From an uncultured bacterium (GTDB taxonomy: Bacteria > Actinomycetota > Acidimicrobiia > Spongiisociales > UBA5794), in contig CAWDDT010000010.1 of the NCBI GenBank assembly GCA_963801165.1, forward strand, positions 160,001 to 224,000: a DNA stretch of 64,000 nt. The letters are read 5' to 3'. The notes beneath the pieces are model-generated. The model was not told where the DNA came from. It ran no database searches and was given only the letters and a program-made list of their open reading frames with translations. Shown piece after piece: positions 60,080-64,000 of this stretch; the first letter of the stretch is position 1, and each line of letters starts with the position of its first letter. The translations under genes were made by a program, and so were the position numbers.

Positions 60080-61030
60080 TTAGGGCTCGGCAAGCCGTCG
60101 TTGGAACTCTGCGAAGGGGAGGACGTCGCCGTCCTTCGAGATGATCAATGCGGCCCGGTCGGCCTGAGCGACGAGCTTCTCTTGTTCGATTTCCAACACG
60201 AGAGTGATCAGCGGGCTGTCGGCGTTCTTGTCCCGCCCTCGTGCCAGCCGGTGCGCCAGCGTCTCTGCAGGCGTGCTGAACAGGAATATCGGGTAGTCGA
60301 CGCCCTCGAGCAATGGATTGTTGCCGTGGGTCCACTCGATGATGAGCACCCGGACGTCGGAGAGATCAACCGGTTCGTAGCGAACATCGTCGGCGGTTCG
60401 TCCCATCCGCTTCAGATTGATCCTGTCCTGGCCGGCCTTGAACGACTCGATGATGGTGTTGACCATCGAGAATTCGGTCTCGCGTTCCGTGCCCAGATAC
60501 TCGACGAGAGCCTGCCGTCCGGCATCGTGGTAGACCGTCATCCACGTTGCATCGTCATCGGGGTAGGTCCTCGGATCCATATCCTTCATCTCCGGCCACA
60601 TCTGCCTGAGGGCCTTCATCCGGGCGTTGCTGAATTCCGCGTCCCGGGCCAAAGCGCTCAGGGCAGCATTCCGGTATACGGACAAGCGCTCGAGATCGTT
60701 GTGCTGGGGTATCCGATACGGGTAGTTGTCGCCCGACATGACGTAGGAGGCGAAACCCTGCTGCCGGAAGTATTCCCCGAGCACGGAGGCGATCTCGGAC
60801 TTGCCTACTCCAGATCCACCGTAGACCGAGACGACGACCCGGTCGTCGGGCGCTTCGGTCAGCCGTTGCAGCAGATAGGGAAAGATGGTGCTGGCTTTCC
60901 CGATGTGCGACTCGTTGATTCGTACCTTGTCGCCCGGCATGTCACCGGTCTTCACCGAAGCGACGTCGATCTGAGGGGGCGTCCATTCAGGGCGAACCCC
61001 GGTCGGGTCCGTGTTGGAGTTCTCAGTCAT
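60080..61030 (-). CDS. P-loop kinase (uridine-kinase/PRK-like fold; candidate sucrose kinase)
   Basis: Walker A GGSGVGKS, SGDNYP, Walker B VLIIEWTHG; directly upstream of the GH13_18 gene. Confidence 0.7.
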   Translation of the reverse strand: MTENSNTDPTGVRPEWTPPQIDVASVKTGDMPGDKVRINESHIGKASTIFPYLLQRLTEAPDDRVVVSVYGGSGVGKSEIASVLGEYFRQQGFASYVMSGDNYPYRIPQHNDLERLSVYRNAALSALARDAEFSNARMKALRQMWPEMKDMDPRTYPDDDATWMTVYHDAGRQALVEYLGTERETEFSMVNTIIESFKAGQDRINLKRMGRTADDVRYEPVDLSDVRVLIIEWTHGNNPLLEGVDYPIFLFSTPAETLAHRLARGRDKNADSPLITLVLEIEQEKLVAQADRAALIISKDGDVLPFAEFQRRLAEP

Positions 61031-61187
61031 CCAGGTCTTCTCTCCAGGACATGCCGGCAGAGCTCGCCGCCGGATCCGCGAATACACCACCGACGATAAT
61101 CGAGACGGCACCCGGGTTCAGGCCCGGCGGGGACGGCATTTAGCCGAACCTCACCGGGCTTGGCATCATCGGCCGCGTCCGATGCCG

Positions 61188-61997
61188 CTACTGGGCGGAC
61201 GGCGGCTTGATCAGATTGAAGATGGCTCCTGCCGGGTCGGCGACGACCGCTATCCGACCCGAAGGAGTGTCCATCGGGCCGGTCATGACGGAGCCTCCCA
61301 GCTCGGTGATTTTTGCCGCGTCGGCGTCGACATCAGCGCTGGTGAAATACACACTCCAATAGGCGGGGACCTCGGACGGGAAATCATCACTCATCGTGAG
61401 AATCCCTCCGTTGTACGCGTCTCCGCTCAACGGTGCCTCAAGCGACTTGTCAGGTATCTTGATCACCCAATAGTCGCCCGCACCTTCCATTGGAAACAGC
61501 TCGAACTCCCAGCCCAGGGTTTTGCCGTAGAACTCGCACGCTGCGGCCGCGTCCCGGGTGTTGAGCTCGTTCCAGGTCATCGCGCCGGCAGAGTTGAAGA
61601 CCTCCGCACCGGCGTACTCCCGCGCTTGCCACAGAGCGACGATCGCCCCCTCGGGGTCGGCCACGACGGCCATGCGCCCGGAGTCGAATACGTCCATCGG
61701 AGGCATCACGACCTTGCCGCGGGCGAGAGCCCACCCGTCGACCGCGGTGTTGATGTCGTCGACAGTGATGTAGGCGTTCCAGACCGCGGGCATCTCCTGT
61801 TCCCCGCCGTCAGGCTGGGGCCCGAGCCCGGCGACTACCTTCCCATCGAGCTTGAACATCGTGTACACGTGGTTGCCGTCCGGGTCATGCTGCTCTTCGG
61901 CATCCCAGCCGAAGAGGGCCGTGTAGAACGCGCTCGTAGCCGCCGGGTCCGGTGTTGAAATGTCCGCCCATGCGAAGAGCCCGTGTTGGTACGCCAT
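61188..61997 (-). CDS. VOC/glyoxalase family protein (two domains)
   Basis: GLFAWAD..TPD..FY..LFGW; GRMAVVADPEGA; WNELNT; GRIAVVADPAGA. Confidence 0.92.
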   Translation of the reverse strand: MAYQHGLFAWADISTPDPAATSAFYTALFGWDAEEQHDPDGNHVYTMFKLDGKVVAGLGPQPDGGEQEMPAVWNAYITVDDINTAVDGWALARGKVVMPPMDVFDSGRMAVVADPEGAIVALWQAREYAGAEVFNSAGAMTWNELNTRDAAAACEFYGKTLGWEFELFPMEGAGDYWVIKIPDKSLEAPLSGDAYNGGILTMSDDFPSEVPAYWSVYFTSADVDADAAKITELGGSVMTGPMDTPSGRIAVVADPAGAIFNLIKPPSAQ

Positions 61998-62166
61998 CCT
62001 CCTGCCTCCTTTTCACGAGCGCGACGATGCTCGGTACCCCAACCATACATTTGCGGTGTGACAAAAAGCGCTGATCGGGCGGGGCAGACATTCGTGCGCC
62101 GAACCGTGCGCGGCGCAGCTCCCAGGCTCGAGACGCGGCGAGACACCGACGCAGCTCACGTTTCGC

Positions 62167-63945
62167 TCACCGGACTTCCTGAGTGCCTCTCACCCAATCG
62201 GCGTACAGAGCCGTGTACACCCCACCATGTCCGACGAGTTCGTGGTGGGTGCCGCGCTCGACGAGACGGCCATCGGCAAAAACCAGCACTTCGTCGGCAG
62301 CCTCCGCCGTGGAGAGCCGGTGCGCCACCGTTACGCTGGTACGTCCTGTGATCAAGCGTTCCATCGCGCGCCTCGTCTGAATCTCGAGCGCAGGATCTAC
62401 CGCAGACGTTGCCTCATCGAGCACCAGGACATCGGGTGCTGCTATCCATGCCCTGGCCAGGGCCACGAGCTGTCGCTCCCCGGCAGAGAGCTGCCCTCCC
62501 CGTTCGCCTACCGGCGTGGCCGGCCCGGCCGGCAACTGGTCCAGCCACGACTCGAGCTCCAGGTCCCGGATAGCGGCCAGTATCTCGTCGTCGCCTGCCC
62601 CGGGCTTGCCGTAGCGAATGTTGTCGGCGATCGTCGCGGCGAAGAGAAAGCCCTCTTGCGGCACGTACGCCAGCCGGCTGCGGAGATCGTCGATCGCAAC
62701 AGAGGTGAGCGGCACCCCGCCAACCAACACCCTCCCGCTCCCCGGGTCGTGAATCCTCGTGAGGAGCTTCGAGAACGTCGACTTGCCGGACCCGGTCTCG
62801 CCGACGACGGCGACCCTTGTCCCAGCGTCGATATGCACATCGAGATGCCTGAAGAGCGTTGTCTCGTCGTTGTAGGCAAACGTCACGTCCTCGAAGTCGA
62901 TGTCGAGGGCACCGGCGGGCAAAGGCACCGGCCGCTCGGGATCGTCGATCTCGACCTTGCTGTCGAGAATGCGAAGGATGCGGCGCACCCCGGCCGCCGC
63001 CGACTGGGCATTATTGAGTGTCTCGACGAGCGTTTGAATCGGTTGCACGAGCAAGTTCACCAGGAACAGAAAGGCGAGCAGCGTTCCGGCGCTCATCCCG
63101 GCTTCGACGCCGGTGACCACACCGATGCCGATGACGGCGGCGGTGATCAGCCCGGCGAACAGCTCGGCGCTCGAGAAGAGGCTCGAACCGAGTAGGGCGG
63201 TTCGGTACTCACTGCTGAACTGGGCGTCGAGGGCGTCTGCGACCTTCGCCCTCGTCTCCTCCTCTGCGCCGTATGCCCGGATCACCGGTAGCCCGGTGAT
63301 CGCTTCACCCATGGCACCCAGGCTCTGGCCGACCCGCTTCCGTACGCGGTCGTGCGCTCGTCCCAGGATACGCTGGATCAAGATCAGCAGCACCGTGTAG
63401 GCGACGACGGCGCCGAGCACGATCATGGCGAGGTCGAAGCGATACACGAGCATCGCTACCAGGGCCACGACGATCTGGGCGACCCCGATGAGCAATCCGA
63501 CACCGCCCCAGTCCATGAAGTCCTGGATCGACCCTATGTCGGAGGTGACCCGGGCCACCAGCGCACCGCGCCGCTCGGCCTCGGTGACCAGGATCGAGAG
63601 TCGGTGCAGATGCTCGAAGGTGCGCACCCGGAGGTGTGACAGACCGGTCGCCGAGGCGTGCGCCAGACGCACGAGAGCCAGACGCCGCACCAGGAACGCA
63701 GCAGACATGGCGACGAGGGCGAGGGTGCCCTTGATTGCGACCGCGGCGGTGTCGACCCGATCGCTGCCGAGCAGGTCGTGGTCGATGATCTGCTGCACCA
63801 CGATAGGCACCACGATCTGGATCAGGGTGCCGAGGGTGGCGAACACAATGGTGAGACCGAGCCCTTTGCGTAGGGCTGGAGTCTCGGCGAAAGCGCGGCG
63901 CAGGGCCCGGAATGCGCCGCTGCGGCTCACGGTCTCCTCGCTCAT
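62167..63945 (-). CDS. ABC exporter (TMD+NBD), second half of a heterodimer
   Basis: GETGSGKST, LSAGERQ, LDEATSAVD. Confidence 0.93.
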   Translation of the reverse strand: MSEETVSRSGAFRALRRAFAETPALRKGLGLTIVFATLGTLIQIVVPIVVQQIIDHDLLGSDRVDTAAVAIKGTLALVAMSAAFLVRRLALVRLAHASATGLSHLRVRTFEHLHRLSILVTEAERRGALVARVTSDIGSIQDFMDWGGVGLLIGVAQIVVALVAMLVYRFDLAMIVLGAVVAYTVLLILIQRILGRAHDRVRKRVGQSLGAMGEAITGLPVIRAYGAEEETRAKVADALDAQFSSEYRTALLGSSLFSSAELFAGLITAAVIGIGVVTGVEAGMSAGTLLAFLFLVNLLVQPIQTLVETLNNAQSAAAGVRRILRILDSKVEIDDPERPVPLPAGALDIDFEDVTFAYNDETTLFRHLDVHIDAGTRVAVVGETGSGKSTFSKLLTRIHDPGSGRVLVGGVPLTSVAIDDLRSRLAYVPQEGFLFAATIADNIRYGKPGAGDDEILAAIRDLELESWLDQLPAGPATPVGERGGQLSAGERQLVALARAWIAAPDVLVLDEATSAVDPALEIQTRRAMERLITGRTSVTVAHRLSTAEAADEVLVFADGRLVERGTHHELVGHGGVYTALYADWVRGTQEVR

Positions 63946-63998
63946 CGCCCCTCCTCGCCTGACGACTCGACCGCGTAGGCGTCGACGATGCGGGCGTA
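63942..63998 (-). CDS. C-terminus of an upstream gene, probably the partner ABC subunit (truncated by window edge)
   Basis: YARIVDAYAVESSGEEGR* with ATGA overlap. Confidence 0.6.
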   Translation of the reverse strand, partial: YARIVDAYAVESSGEEGR

Positions 63999-64000
63999 GC

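Noticed and set aside
59916-60082. Possible kinase-phosphorylase fusion by stop readthrough
   Set aside because: After the kinase TAA the same frame hits TGA within 18 codons, and the phosphorylase has its own ATG with a purine-rich RBS.

Overview
High-GC actinobacterial chromosome segment, most consistent with class Acidimicrobiia (inferred from the gene order and the Cys-containing GCNPP SLH-like repeats). The first ~26.6 kb is the conserved core block whiG-rpsB-tsf-pyrH-frr-cdsA-dxr-rseP-ispG-proS-rimP-nusA-infB-DUF503-rbfA-nrnA-truB-ribF-rpsO-pnp, with inserted ArsR/SRPBCC, S1 protease, RidA and glgP genes. The remainder is accessory. It holds a split SOS mutasome (imuA'-imuB and dnaE2, ~21 kb apart, each behind an identical LexA box), a YcaQ-like glycosylase, a TPP-riboswitch-led thiN-thiBPQ operon, and an sORF/RHH/DUF4097 module. 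It also holds cholesterol oxidase, ychF, two SLH-like surface proteins, trkA-trkH, a P-loop kinase plus GH13_18 sucrose(-phosphate) phosphorylase pair, a VOC protein and an ABC exporter. The best candidate for an undescribed system is a SatD-like (nucleotidyl-cyclase-like fold plus HTH) gene coupled to a small membrane protein, under three 17-bp operator-like boxes spaced exactly 29 bp apart. I saw no tRNA, rRNA, CRISPR array or transposase. All assignments come from motif recognition by eye; no database searches were run.
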